A program made the position numbers and the translations under genes. The notes below the pieces were generated by a model. The model saw nothing but the letters and a program-made list of their open reading frames with translations. It was not told where the DNA came from and ran no database searches. From Botryllus schlosseri (Eukaryota), in NCBI GenBank assembly GCA_051294905.1, contig CM119372.1, positions 1,054,001-1,118,000 on the forward strand: a DNA stretch of 64,000 nucleotides, read 5' to 3'. Numbering within the stretch: the stretch's first letter is position 1; every line of letters starts with the position of its first letter. Shown piece after piece: positions 1-13,700 of this stretch.

Positions 1-483
1 TAAGCCATGACATCATGAATATTTAATTGTGACGCCACAGTGGATAGGCATTGACAATTAAAAATACAGAGCGAAAATCGACGAAATGGGCTTCCGACCA
101 CTGTCATCATAAACTAAGGTTACCATATTTTGGGAATCTGAAAAGAGGACACTTTTTCAAAATTTTCAGACTTACAATTCCGAGTTTGTAGTTTGTATCT
201 CAATCTAAATTTTCAAAAAAGAGGACATTTGGGCGTCCTCCGAGGACACTCTAAAAAAAGAAAAAAAAGAGGACAAATCCTCCTAAAAGAGGACGTATGG
301 CAACCCTATATAGACATACCAAAAATATATTTAAAATATCTTTAACTACAGCGCTATGCAGCATTTGACGGTCGGCGGTCATCATCATCAGAACACCCAT
401 TCCGTACCAATGATCTATATATACGTGCTAAAACTGTCTAACTGACGACGATTTCGAGGGTTCCAGCCATAGATTCAAAAATG

Positions 484-906
484 ACCCACTTCATCACCTC
501 TGGTCGTTATATTAACACTGTTGCCCTACCCCGCCCAGACATTGCTTCATTGATCATTTCCTACTATCGTTTACTTTTTATTTTTGCTTTCCTTTTTTAA
601 CTAACATATTTTACAGCCAGACTGATAGTAATATAGAGTCAAGTGTACCTCTTCGATGCGGGTGTGATCAAACTAGTTGACCCTCAAGGTCATATCGATC
701 ACTCCTATCTGATACCGAATATTGTGCCGAATAGTGCGCCGTTAACTCTTGAAAAGATCCACCCGAAAAGTCTTCGAGTTTAATAAATTATATACTACAG
801 TAGATGTTGTATTGAATAGTGTGCATGCATATTTTCTGTACCACCATCATTGCCGTCTGTTGTTTTGTATTTTGTTTGGATGAAAATAAAGACTGTCTCT
901 CTCTCT
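484..906 (+). mobile_element. LINE 3' UTR copy ((CT)n tail)
   Basis: Co-linear with 18030-18186 plus 19606-19769; ends ATGAAAATAAAGACTGTCTCTCTCTC. Confidence 0.7.
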
Positions 907-1789
907 ATCATGAAGTGCACTTAAAATTGTAAGCAAAAATGGGGCGTTTTCGCAATTTACACATGGTATATTTGAGTAATAATAGCATGGGTGTAAATGA
1001 GCCAAATACACCCATACCATAAAAATACACCCCAAGCATTGGCATTTGGGGGTGAATAATCAGGCTGTCCGGCAAATATGAAGTTTAGGATTCAATCAGC
1101 GCTGACTGCCTCCCAAAAATTCGACTGTTGGATTTTTAAGTCTTTGTCGGTCAGAAGCCTGGATAAGCGGGCAGGGGTGTGTTAAAAATCCAGTCGAATT
1201 TTCGAAATCGCGCTATGTATCTTCGCGATGAATGTAAAGTTACTAATTGGATAAGACACTACTAATAATACAGAGAATCTTCGAAAATATATTCAGTTTT
1301 AAGTTGCTGTTACCAGACCTGGACAACTAGATAACGCTAGTTGTCCAATTATACGAATTAAAGTGAAATTCAATTCTAATTTGTGAAATCTTTCTGTGCT
1401 CTAATTTTAATTCTAATCTAATTTCTGCTACAGGAGAACTGTATAGTGAGAAACGAGCCAAGCTTGCTGTGCAGACAGTTGCTATTCTCACGATTCAAGT
1501 TTTCGCGAATTCGTAAATTGTAATTTTAATCTAACTTGGAAAATAACTTTTATCTATAATTCCTATTTAAATGTAATTTCGAAATACCTGCGTCGCTATC
1601 ATTGTAATTCTACTCTAATTTGAAAAAAACTTGTAGTTGTAATTTAATTCTAATATAATTTAAAAAAGGTGAAAATTTAGCTACGAGTATTTCTGCCTAT
1701 GCTGCCTTCGCAGGCAATGTCACTATCATAACCATCAGCGGGCGCTAAAGAGCCGCAAGACCTCAAACCCTCAAAACAGATTGTTGACG

Positions 1790-4700
1790 TTATATTTTTC
1801 GGAACTTCATCTCCGAGAAGTGCAGGGTGGACCTCATCCGCGTAATTCCTGTTCCGTCCCACCAAAATCCCTTGTCGCCTGTTTTGATGAAGTCTCCATT
1901 CAGGTTGCTGCGGGCGCACCACCAGCCTCCTTCGTAGAGAGAAGCGCAATGCGCTGACGAAGGATCGTGATCCGCGTCCTTCGTTGAGAATTGCCAATTG
2001 TCGTGATACCAGAGACCATCGTAGGTTGCATTCCCGGAGAATCCGGATGCGCGCAGTCTGTAGTTATCGGAGCCGGGGCCGATCCGGAAGTACCTGGAAA
2101 ATTGGGTTCAAATGTTTACTGTCAAAACTTTGCTCGTGTAATGTCGTGCATTTACGTTGGCATCGTTTGTCTCTTATTTGTCTCGATTTGCCAATCATTA
2201 GTTCCTCGTGTGTCGTGCTTTGTATTTATACCCTGTGTTCTGTTGTGTGACCCGCAGGGCCCGTATAGAGCTTCTGTTATTTGTGACATTGTAAGACAAT
2301 GCTAGGAGTTCAGTTTAAACGCTAATGAATGATAGTAGGGCTCTGATCTTACTAGCAATTACATCAAATCAGTCGTTAACAGTCTTCTAATAACATGCTT
2401 TCGCCGCAATAACGCGTCTCAAGTAGGAAAATAGCACAGCTGAGCTAGCCTTACGGAGGCGAAATCACAGGTGTTAATCATCCACTAGGGGTCCACTGGA
2501 AAGAAATAACTTCATAGTAAGTACAGGTCTGTGTGGCGTGTCAGAAGGTTACACGATTGACATTCACCTGTATTTAGCAATCCAATACGTTCCGTTTTTC
2601 GTGATCATTTTTATTTGCAACTCCATATTCCCTCCCTTGGTCATTTGATGCAATGCTTCCAGGCCTGAAATAGAAGAGATCCTCCGTGCTGTAATGACTC
2701 GGGTCGCAACTTTTTATTGTTTGACTTGTACTGGAGTCATTTCCCAAGTCGCATGACTTGATAATTCTACATGAGTTATTCAAGTCTTGTATATCAAGAG
2801 CGATAATTGAACAGTAGGCCAAGAAATTATCAGTTTATCGGTTACTTTTGACTCGGAACCTTGTCACTTGATTACAACGCTGATCTGACTACTTTTCAAT
2901 ACTACTTACTCAAGTTGATTAAAAGCTAGTCAGCTCTACTTCAACTTGAAAAGCACCACTTCGGCTCCAACTCTATAGCGATTGCGGAAGAAAATTTTTC
3001 TATCGTGGCAGGCGCCTTCTGATCGCGTCATCACTCATGATCTCAGCGATCCTGTTAGAATCGCAACTCTTCAACTAGATGACGTGTTCTTCAGTAATAC
3101 CGTTTGTAACATTGCTGCACCACTCTTATGACGGCTCGGCGCAATTCATGAGATACCAAACCACCAAATTTGTATATGAGAAGTCATACCCAACCAATGA
3201 TCTCCTTGCAAATCGCCGAATCCTTTGACATAATCATCCCAATTTCTGTAGAAACCAACGTCTCCGTTCATTCTTCGCTGGAAAACCTTTCATGAAAATG
3301 AAAATGAATAACTTTTTTTCTGCAATCCTCGCGTATTCTACTCACGGTCCAGTTTCCTCCGTCGTCACTTACATCGCAGAATGCGTTCTTGAATCCAACA
3401 GCGGGTATGTACAAATGGAATACACCCCCAGTGTCATTACGTTCTAATGCTGATTCCAATTTGGCGCCATCACAACTTCTCCTGGCGATCATTTGAAGAA
3501 CTAGAAATGATAAAATTCGTTTCTTAAGTGTGACTCGTCAAATGGCAGCGACGGAAATATCTCCTGCCTTGATTTTCTATTCAGTCTCGTGGTGTTTTGA
3601 AATGCTGAAAATTATAAATTAACTGATACTTATACTAATGTTAACGATCCTTTGAAGGCGTGTAGTTCAAAGGTACTGAAAGCCTGATGAACATTGTGAA
3701 AGGTCAATCCTTCAATCAGAAGTGTTTCGGAGTACTCAAGTAGGCACTTGAATTATTTGCTCAAGTGTTTAGGACTTTGGACTATTTCTACTTAAAAATT
3801 CTCAGTAAATTAAGCCACACTACACTGTATGTAGACGAAAATGGTGCGTTTTGGCAGTTCACACCCTACCGTAGGGTGTATTTTGAGTCACCACACCATT
3901 TGAATGATATATTTGCCATTTACACCCCTGGGTGTGAATGACTCAGATACACCCATACTATTAAACAACACACCCCAAGCATTGGCATTTGAGGTCAATT
4001 ATTAGTGATTACACCTTTGGTCAGGCAAATATATGAAGTTTGGGATTCAATCCGCGCTGACCGCCTCCCAAAAACTTGACTGCTGGAGTCTTTAGTCTGT
4101 GTCGGTCAGAAGTCTGGATAAACGGGTATTCGCACATATCAAATTCATTTCTGAGCCCAACTCATGTGATACTACCTATATTTTCAAATGGCGACGGCAA
4201 CTATCTGTCTGCGAATATACAAGAGTTGTTATCTGAGAAATTGTGGAAGTAATCAATTAAGCAAGTGCATGGCTTTTATATAATGTAGCTGAAGATAGAT
4301 GCATCCTACTTACAAAAATCACAGGTTAATATTAAACTATGATATTGACTATTTCTGAGATAATTTTATATTACCACTCTCATTATGGTATGACTATGTC
4401 ATATATCACCTGTGGTTGTTTTCTGATTTTCGTTCTCAAGCGCGGTGATCCTTGACGCGTGATATCTGATATCTGGAAGGCATTATTGAGACTGCGGTGT
4501 ATTATTAATATCAACGGTACTAAATGCATCGATTGCACGACTTTAAATATCGTGTAACGTTAACGATAGGCACGAACGAAACTGCACTTCTTAAACATTT
4601 ATTCGATCACTGCCTTCCTATAAGATAGCCTTTGTTCAGTAATTTGCAACTTTTTTCAATTTTTTTGGCATCTTGCGTGAGCTTCCTAAATACTCAGAAA

Positions 4701-7700
4701 TTATGTACTATGATGTTTCAAGCTGTATGTAGAAATTTTATATGGCAACATTCTGCAACTTTTACTATTTTCCGTGCAACTTGGCACAGCAACTTTTATC
4801 AAGTATTGTGCAAAATATGAAAGAGTGATTAACAAAACTTGCTATAAAACTATTTCTAGTAAGGTTTTATTGTCTTTGATTTGAATATATTATTCAAATG
4901 TGTCATGAAATTCTGTACTCAAAACCGTCTCTTTGTCTTTTATTTGCATTGCAATGAGCTATATGTGATGGATTCGCTGCATCTCAATGTTATCTATGAC
5001 CCAAAATTCGGCCTGCAAGCGAGAAGTTCTACAACCCCATCCAAGCACGAAGTTGCCCGGATTGAATTATGAGTGTAAGTATGACTTGGCTTTTGGTCAA
5101 GCCGGGTCAAACGGAAACATGATATGTCTTGTTTTTCGAGGCCACGTTTTGTTGTGATAGCTTAGCTCTAGTTAAGCTGCGTGATTATAAAACTGCAGTC
5201 GTTATTTTGCAAGTAAGAAGGGATAACCTTGATGATGACTGTTTAAGGACCGACTAAGATTCTTGGGCGTCCCGCTAGTCATATCACTTCGAGTACTATA
5301 TTGAACTTTGAATCTAAGCCTAATTAAAATGTACCAGTCAGCTATTAGCGTCGCAGTAATATTATAGTAGGAGAGCTGTTACTCTCTCCGTTCGCCTTTT
5401 GATTTCTCGTGCGCCATTTGTCGACCACCGGCGACTCCCCAGACAATGTGTGGAAATAATTGGCACTATGTAAATTGATCGCTTGATTCACCGTCGTTTA
5501 AATTTGAGGTCAGTTCCCATTTCACGGACGCCCATAGGCGAGACCGCTGATAATTACGTGATCACTGAGTTACGTTTTTCGGCTTATTCATTTTGCTGAA
5601 GTCACCAGCACTGAGTTTTACTGCAATGCCTTGGATCACGTTTGCAGGCCTAGGGGGTTTGAGGTGTGGTATTTGACTTGTTTGGGGGAGGGGAGGGGAA
5701 GGGTGGATTTGTGCTCAGATGGGTCGGAATTTTGCAAAGCTATTCGTTGATACCACTTTTGCAGTCAAGATAAAACAGAAACATCTCCCGGTCGATGGAA
5801 TCCACTTTGTGAAAAAAACGAAATGATGACGGTTGGTTCCTATTTCAAAAGCATCATACCATTTGAAAGTGCTTTATTGCTTTCGTCAGACTTCGACAAT
5901 TGGATCTTCAGAGCTCCGATTTCTAAAAATAATCAAATTGTTAACATTGTCCTGTTCATTTACAATGACGTTTATAGGTGTAGTAGCAATGAAAATCACG
6001 TCTGCATTCGCAAGTTCGGCGCAAGGTATCATCCATAGTAACATGAAAATATTGGTCTATGAGAGATATCCCATGATAGCTTCAGTATGCATCAAACTAT
6101 CATTCTCGAGTATCATGGGTGTTTATGCAATTATTGCTCGAAAGCTGCTAGGCGACTGGAAATATCTCGTTTGGTTTCGAAATGCGGTCGCCTTAATTTT
6201 TGCCAACTTTTGCAGTATCTAATAGACCACTTCAGTGGACATTGGATACTTAGGGAGACATATCGCCATTTTGAATTACCAGACCATGGCCATGTCTGTT
6301 ACTGAGCTAAGATGGGCATTGTCGTCATATTATATGACAAGGTTCGGGAACCAGTTTCGTCAAAGGAGTCAACATGCGCCTTTATAAGAAGCTACAGTTG
6401 ACCATCCTGCAGATTAGTCCACCAGTTTTCTGCGGCTAGTATGCAAATCACTACGACAGTGGTTCCCAACCGGCTTGGGGGAATTTTGAGATTTTTAGGG
6501 GGAATCTGGCTTTGGCGTTGTATCGGAAGATATACAGGGTTCACAATTGTGGCGAAATAGCGCAGTGGTAAACTCAACAGCTGCAACACCAATGGGTTAT
6601 GGGTTTGAGTCCGACCGAGGTCGACTCCAGAATACCTACCTAAGTGTTGGGGGTTTATCTAGGCACCTCCTTGCCATCTCATCCGTGTAAGCGGTGTCTT
6701 ATAAAAGCCTAGAAGTGGTCCATGCTATAAGTCGGCCGATACGGAATATAAAAAAAAATGCAGGAAATTGGCCTGGTGTGAATGACCATACCATGAACAC
6801 CTCAAAACAAACCAACTGGGTTCACAAGGTTTTTAGATTTTTATGTTAGAACTGTTATGTTGAAACTAATTCTTTATAATTGTATGTTTCTTCGGCGGAT
6901 TTTCAGCTGGGTGTATGCATAAATGCGTTTCGTAGATATATACAACCCCTGATAAAATGAGGCTCGCGAGACGATTTCGTTGGGCCCGCGACATCCCGAC
7001 CAAATTACTACTAAACAGTAAAAAGTCAAGCCAAATTCAGCACAAGGCCGTTGCTGAAATTGTTTACCTTTTCAAGTCAACATATGAGCTAATGTGAAAA
7101 ACATATCAAATACATCGATTCGACTCAGCGCCATAGGACTTAGTGATTTAAGTTTCGTCAGCGGCTACCCGACCGGTAAAAAAAATCATGTTTAGCTGTA
7201 CTTTACCACAGTGTTGTGCGGTTCGCATTCGACACGGTTCGGTCATATCTGAATATGATTGTCCAGTAAATGCTCGGTCAACAAATGGTTGTGCGTTAAA
7301 AAGCACCTTTTTGAGTAATAGGCAAATTTTTCATAGGGGGAATTTCAGCTTAAATATCGGCCAAGGGGACCACGAGACGAAAAAGGTTGGGAACCACTGC
7401 ACTACGATATTCGTTGGCTAGCCGATGGCTACTTTGCCGCGATAGCAGATCTCTGTTCTAATGAAATGATAAATATATTCTGTTTAATTAATAGAAGCGG
7501 CCCTAACATCCCTCGGAAGCTTCATGTTTTATGGACCTTACAGTCTATTAGCAGGTATGAGGTAATTTTTCCCTTAACGCACTGCGCAATTTTTGATCCA
7601 ATATTACCAGTGCTGCAATAAGGCAGAAACTTTCGAATAAAGACCACTTTAACATGTCTCTGCCTCCGATCTCAGACTCTCGTCATGTTATAGCCGCGTC

Positions 7701-10700
7701 AAACTGTAAGAAGTTAGTTGTTTACGTGTACAAACGTCGCTACTAATTCATGTTTTCTCTTTAAAAACCCTACAACAGATTACAGAGAATCTTGATTCGT
7801 GATAATCGTGGTACTTGATAATTGCTAACTTCAATTTGTTTAAAAGCCTTACGCCAACTTGTTCATGTTCACTGTTCAAGGGATGTTCAATAAAAACTTT
7901 TTCTTCTTCTCAAATTTCATCGGCTTGGTTGTCAAATCGTAAGGTTACCTAAAAAAACGCCACTCACCTAATTTGACTCAATTCCAGCCAGTAGAAGCCA
8001 AGGTCAGTCAAATTGAGATTTCGGTCATTTTTGAAATAATAGTATTTACGGTGACCAATTTCGTCACACAGTCACGATCAAAAATTGTGTTCCAGGTATG
8101 CCTGAAGAGACAGTAATGTCTTTTCCATTTGTTTTGATCTTGACAAGGGCCCATGGTGGTGTTTGGATGAAGACATCGCCAGTAAATGAAAGTAACATTT
8201 GACGTGGAATCGCTGGAAATTAGTTAATTAGACACGTTAAAACGATGGTGAGATAATTCTCAAAATAGAGTACTTTACGCACTGAAATTTACGACCATGA
8301 AAAGGAAAAAAACTAATAATAAGCACGTAAAATACGGGTAAATATATTTCTCAAGAGATAGTCAATATCCATATTCTTTGTCGGTCCAATGTAGATTTCT
8401 TCACGATACAATTTGATATTATATGACATTCTATCATCCGCTCTGCAGCACTCCGATAGTACTCTCACAGGCGAATTATAAGACTAATGGGCATCGTTAC
8501 AGATCTTATTCCTATCAAAATTTTGCGTCCTCTCTTCATGTCATCCTCCACATTCGGTAAATACCAACTAATTGTATCTATATATCGTGGTAAAACACCT
8601 ATGCTTTTTATTACTCTAGGACTGGGGGTCTCAATCCGCGGCCCGAGGGCCGCATGCAGCCCGCAGAGGTTTATTTTGCAGCCCACGAAACCTTTCATCA
8701 TGAACGCAAATATTATTGACACCATATTGTTACATATTAATTTAGCTGCTTAGCTATTTTATCGCACCGTCTCTGTTTCGTTTGATTACTCATTTTTGAT
8801 GTGTTCTGGTTTCTTGATATATGCTCGAGTTTAGATTGTTATTGTTTAGAATCTGTATTCGGTTGGATTCTGGTTGAAGATAATCCCGCTACGTAGTACA
8901 TTTTTTAAAGAGTGTTTGAACAGAAATAAGAACAAGGAATGGGAAATTAAACGGCGAACACTGGGTTTGTAGCTCTGCGTGGAACAATGAATTTACTTTC
9001 TCAGATATAAATGGAAAACCGATGTGTCATATTTGTCGCAAAACAGTTTTCGTAAGCTTAGAAGCGGTGAAGCTTAAAATTATACCACGGCAGTTTCGTC
9101 TGGAATTATACATATCGCTTGATCTTAAAAACGTTGCCAGCTAGGTGTCAAGCCCAGCAATCCATATTTTGAAGCATTGTAAAATTTCTGACGACGTTGC
9201 AGACACATCCTTCAAAATTGCTCGGAATACCGCTAAACCCAAGAAATCCGCTAATAGTTCAACGCTTATTTGAAGTACCAGAAATGCTTTTTCAACTCAT
9301 AAATATTATTCATTGGCATAGCCAATTCTCAATGGCAATCAATACCATTTTAACTCCCTGGATCAGTCAATGTCCAGTAGCAGAGAAATATTCGAACACT
9401 GAGCTGCTGAGGAATGCAACTGATGTCTCCGTGGATGAGATTTTGGGAAAGGCGACTTTGCAATCAGTACGAACTTCGACGCAAGGCAGAGGGACATCGG
9501 TATGCCCCCATTGCCCTGCATAACTGGGATGGATTTCGTGAAACCTACATTGGTCCAACAAAAATACTTCTTAATATGAGTATCACTCGAGAAATATATT
9601 TACCCGTATTTTACCTGCTTGTCAGTTCATTTCCTTTTGTGGTCGTTAATTTCCGTGCGCAAAGAAAATTATCTCACCATCATTTTAACGTGGCTATTTC
9701 AATGAAGTGGACTAATTTCCATATAATCCGCGTCATGTATTTTTTTCGTTTACTGGCGATGTCTTCATCCAAACTCCACCATAGGCCCTTGTCCAGATCA
9801 AAACAAATGGAAAAGACATTCCTACCTCTTCATGCATACCTGGAACAGGATTTTTGGTCATGACCGTGTGACGATTTTGGTCACCGTAAATGGAGTAAAT
9901 ACTATTATTTCAAAAATGACCGAAATTTCAATTTGACTGGCCTCGGGTTCTATTGGTTGGAATTGAGTAAAATTTGGTGAACAAAGTTTTTTTTTAGGTA
10001 GCCTGACGATTTGACAACCAAGCGGATAAAATTTGAAAACAAAAGTTTTTTTGAACACTCCTAGTCCACATCATAGTTTATCCCATTGCTTATCTGGGTA
10101 GGAATTTTGCAAAGCTAGAGTGACGCATATCCAAAGTATTGTGGTTCACTGCTACTATAATACGACTTTTGCGGTCGAGATATAACAGAAACGCTTGCCG
10201 ATCGATGGAATCTATGCTGTGAAAAAACGAAATGATTATGGTAGACTCCTGTGTCATAAGTAGCTTACCCTTCAAAAGTTCTTCATTGCTTTGGTCCGAT
10301 TTCAATAATTTGGTCTTCAGCGCTTCCATTTCTAGACGTAATCATATTGCAAACATTGTCATGATCATTACACAATGTAGTTTACGGGAACAGCAGAAGT
10401 GAAAATCGTGGTTGCTTTCGCAGGTTCACGACAAATCCTCTGTAAAACGTTAATTTATTGGTCTATGCGAGATATCACACGATAGCTTCAATATGTATCA
10501 AATCATCAGCCTCGAAAATCATGGGTACTGATCCAAAATAGATGGACCAACTAATCACTTAATAACAGAAGCTCGCCTACATATGTATAGGCTGTAAATC
10601 ATAGTTACTTGTGGTGTTTCATCGCTATTACGAGGTATTTGAAAGTCAAAATGTCGATTTGCGGGTAATGTGTATGTGGCATTAATTTTGTAAGTTTGGG

Positions 10701-13700
10701 CGAAAATCAAAACATGATTTTATGCCAACATTCGGGTTGATATAATCTATTTATTCTTGAAGAACGCGACGAAACATTCTTCATTGGCTTGCTGTAGCTT
10801 AGCTTATAGTACACAACAAAGCAGGTTAACAAATTGAGTTTTTGAGCGTGTGTCTCATAGGTCCCATGGTCGTGTGCATTTGGACCCACCGGGTGGGCAC
10901 CGATGACACGTTCGAGCAACAAATTTTAAACGTTTATAAATATTTTTGAAGAGGCGGATATTCATGTAGATGTCCGCGATAGGTAGAACTTGTATCGAAG
11001 TGTTGAGACAGCAAAAGATCTACTATTCTCGGCTGAAGATTTGAGGGCCGGACATCATTTTACAATTTTTGATCCATCGGTACCACATCTCCCCTACTAT
11101 AGCTGTTTAACCGACTATTTTGAGTGTTCCAACCATCCCATATCGTATAATAATATATTGAATAATCCGATGATAATCGTCCGTAAGTTCATACAGCGTG
11201 TTTTTGGGAAAGTATTTACGGAATTATGGGATAATTATACAACTTAAAAAAAACATGATTTTTTTTCAAAAAGGTATTTGTTTAAAACACTAAAAAATGT
11301 GTTAAATAAGGGTTTTAAACAACCGCTTGTTTTAAATGCAAACCGAAGTATTAGTATAGTTTCACATATTACTATCAAATATTTATCCTTTCTCAGCCCA
11401 TGTGATCATATTCCCTGGTATATTTGATAGAGTGTTTTCGAAAATTTTTGGCAATTTGTAAATGATGATGCATATTCGGGTGGGCCAATTGTTATTAGTC
11501 AGTTTGGTACATTCTGTTATTTCTTGACCTCCCATCAAGATTTTCGGTATGGTGGTAAGATATTGGAATCTCCCAAATGTCCTCGAAACAAATTTTTTCG
11601 TGAGGAGAACACGATTCCAAGTCGGTATTTTTGTAAGGGTTGCATCATTTTCCTCGGCTGTTCGCATTTGTTCTATGGGGCTCAGATTGCAAAGGGCGCT
11701 GCTATATATTAAAATCGAAAATGAAGTCGCGTTGATTCGCACGCAGCGCGAAAAAATCCAGATCGATTAAATCTCTCAAAAATTCGGGAGTCAATTCGTG
11801 AATTCAATTTCTATGTCGACGTCCGCCAACACATACTAATTGAACTATACTTGTCCGCGGCTGCACAAATTTTCTTCTATGGCCGTGCGGCCGCAGGTTG
11901 CCCACCCCTGCTGTAGTGGAATATTAGCGGCTATATACCTGCATCGATTGCACCAATTTATGTATCGTGTCACGTTAATGATAGGCACGAACGAATCTGC
12001 ACTTTACAAACACTTATCCGATAATTGCATACATATAAGATACTTGTTCTCATTAAAATTCCGAAAAGGCAAGGCAATTCGCCGTACCTTCTGAAAGCGC
12101 AGCCACGCTCTTGTCCATTCTCATCTTCTTATTACCCAATAATTCATATGCTGTAATGACACAATTAATATTGGTCACGACATACATACCGTTCAAATAC
12201 TTTAAGTAATTCTTTGTCTAATCCAGGTATGACAACCTACGTCATAAATATCGCTCGTAATAATCAGTACATGTCTGTGAAAATTGAGATTTGCAACAAG
12301 AAATACTGCCACATAAATAATAAATCTCTCAAGACAGCGAATATCGAACATGTCCAATGTCCATATGCAGAGATGGACAGAAATGCAGCTCTTCTATTTT
12401 TCGGAATGCTTAAATACGTTTTGCCTGCATCCACTACTGAATCAAATGGTCACTTTTTTACTTCTACTTGAACCATTTTTTGGCATAACTGCCTGATTTC
12501 AACAATTTGTATTTTGAAAATTTGAAAGTATTTTCGGGAGGAGTTTGCATTACTTTTATGAGCTAAACTGTCGTAAGAACCACTCTAAAAATATTTTCCA
12601 AGACTGTGGCCATTTCTTTAATGTCCTTAGTAATTTAATGTTAGTCTGGAAAATACTTGTCGCAATTTCAAAAGTAGCCATCTCCAATTAACCGTTGAAG
12701 GTATGCCCTCCGTCCACTAAATTCATACCTCCCATTTTCTACATCAACTTGAAATGGTTTTAACAAATCTTCGAAATTGCTACTTCTACGAAGAGCTGAG
12801 TAAATATTCACCGCGTTACTTCTACGGTGAATTTCTGGCTGCTGCCAAAATAGTTTTCACGCTGTCAGCGTTAATTTGATACGACATCATATTTTAGGGT
12901 TACCATATTTTTTCGAAGCAAATTCCGGACACTCTTTAACGCCCACTAGCGGATTTTAAAATGAGGTATAACTCATTGACCGTCAATATGACGTCACACT
13001 AGCAAAGCATTGCCCATCGACTGTATACATTATACAGGAATGGAGTGGAACATGGTCATGAATTGGGCCATCTGTAATGTGAGCTCTGGTGATTGCTACT
13101 TGCACGGGTCTGCAATAGATTCCATCACGGGCCGGATGAAATCATCTGGCGGGCCGTGTCTGGCCTGTCAGGATTGTGTTTGGCCGCCCTGCTATACTGT
13201 TAGGTCGGTGGACTATCTGTATGTGTTTTAATCAGGTCCGAAATCCCCCCCCCCCCCTTTCGCCCAAAAAAGCACTGATCTTGGGCACTTACTATTTGCA
13301 TTTACCTATTAAATTTTTTGTATGAATTCTGTCAATAATATTGATTCTTCCATATATTAGGCTGCTATAAAATGCACCAGCTGGTTGCACATCCGGTGAT
13401 TCCCAACCTTCTATGGTCGTGACCTCATTTCCCACTTGAAAATGTTCCGTGGCAAAGTTCAAAACTTGATAAGCTGATTACTAAAAAATTCAGCCTGCCC
13501 AAACTTAGTCACGGCCTAGGAAGCTGATTACGTCCGACATCATCGCGATCCCCAGATGAAGGCGAACGACTCGAAGATTTGGAACCACTGTCTTTGATTA
13601 AAGCATCCAATCGCCCTTAACCAACTCTAGGAATATACCGTTAGTTTATAATTGCGATTACAATCAGACTTATTTCAGTAAATGATGGTTATTTATATTT

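Noticed and set aside
1677..2305. ORF-track calls of 106, 88 and 104 aa
   Set aside because: Wrong-frame or antisense readings of the terminal FReD exon.
6551..6625. Possible tRNA gene
   Set aside because: A/B boxes are present but there is no proper cloverleaf and it continues into a repeated body; treated as a SINE head (same for 51425-51499).
12100..12790. Possible decayed L1/Tx1 fragment (GGMNLVD on the minus strand)
   Set aside because: One short motif amid many stops; too weak to call.
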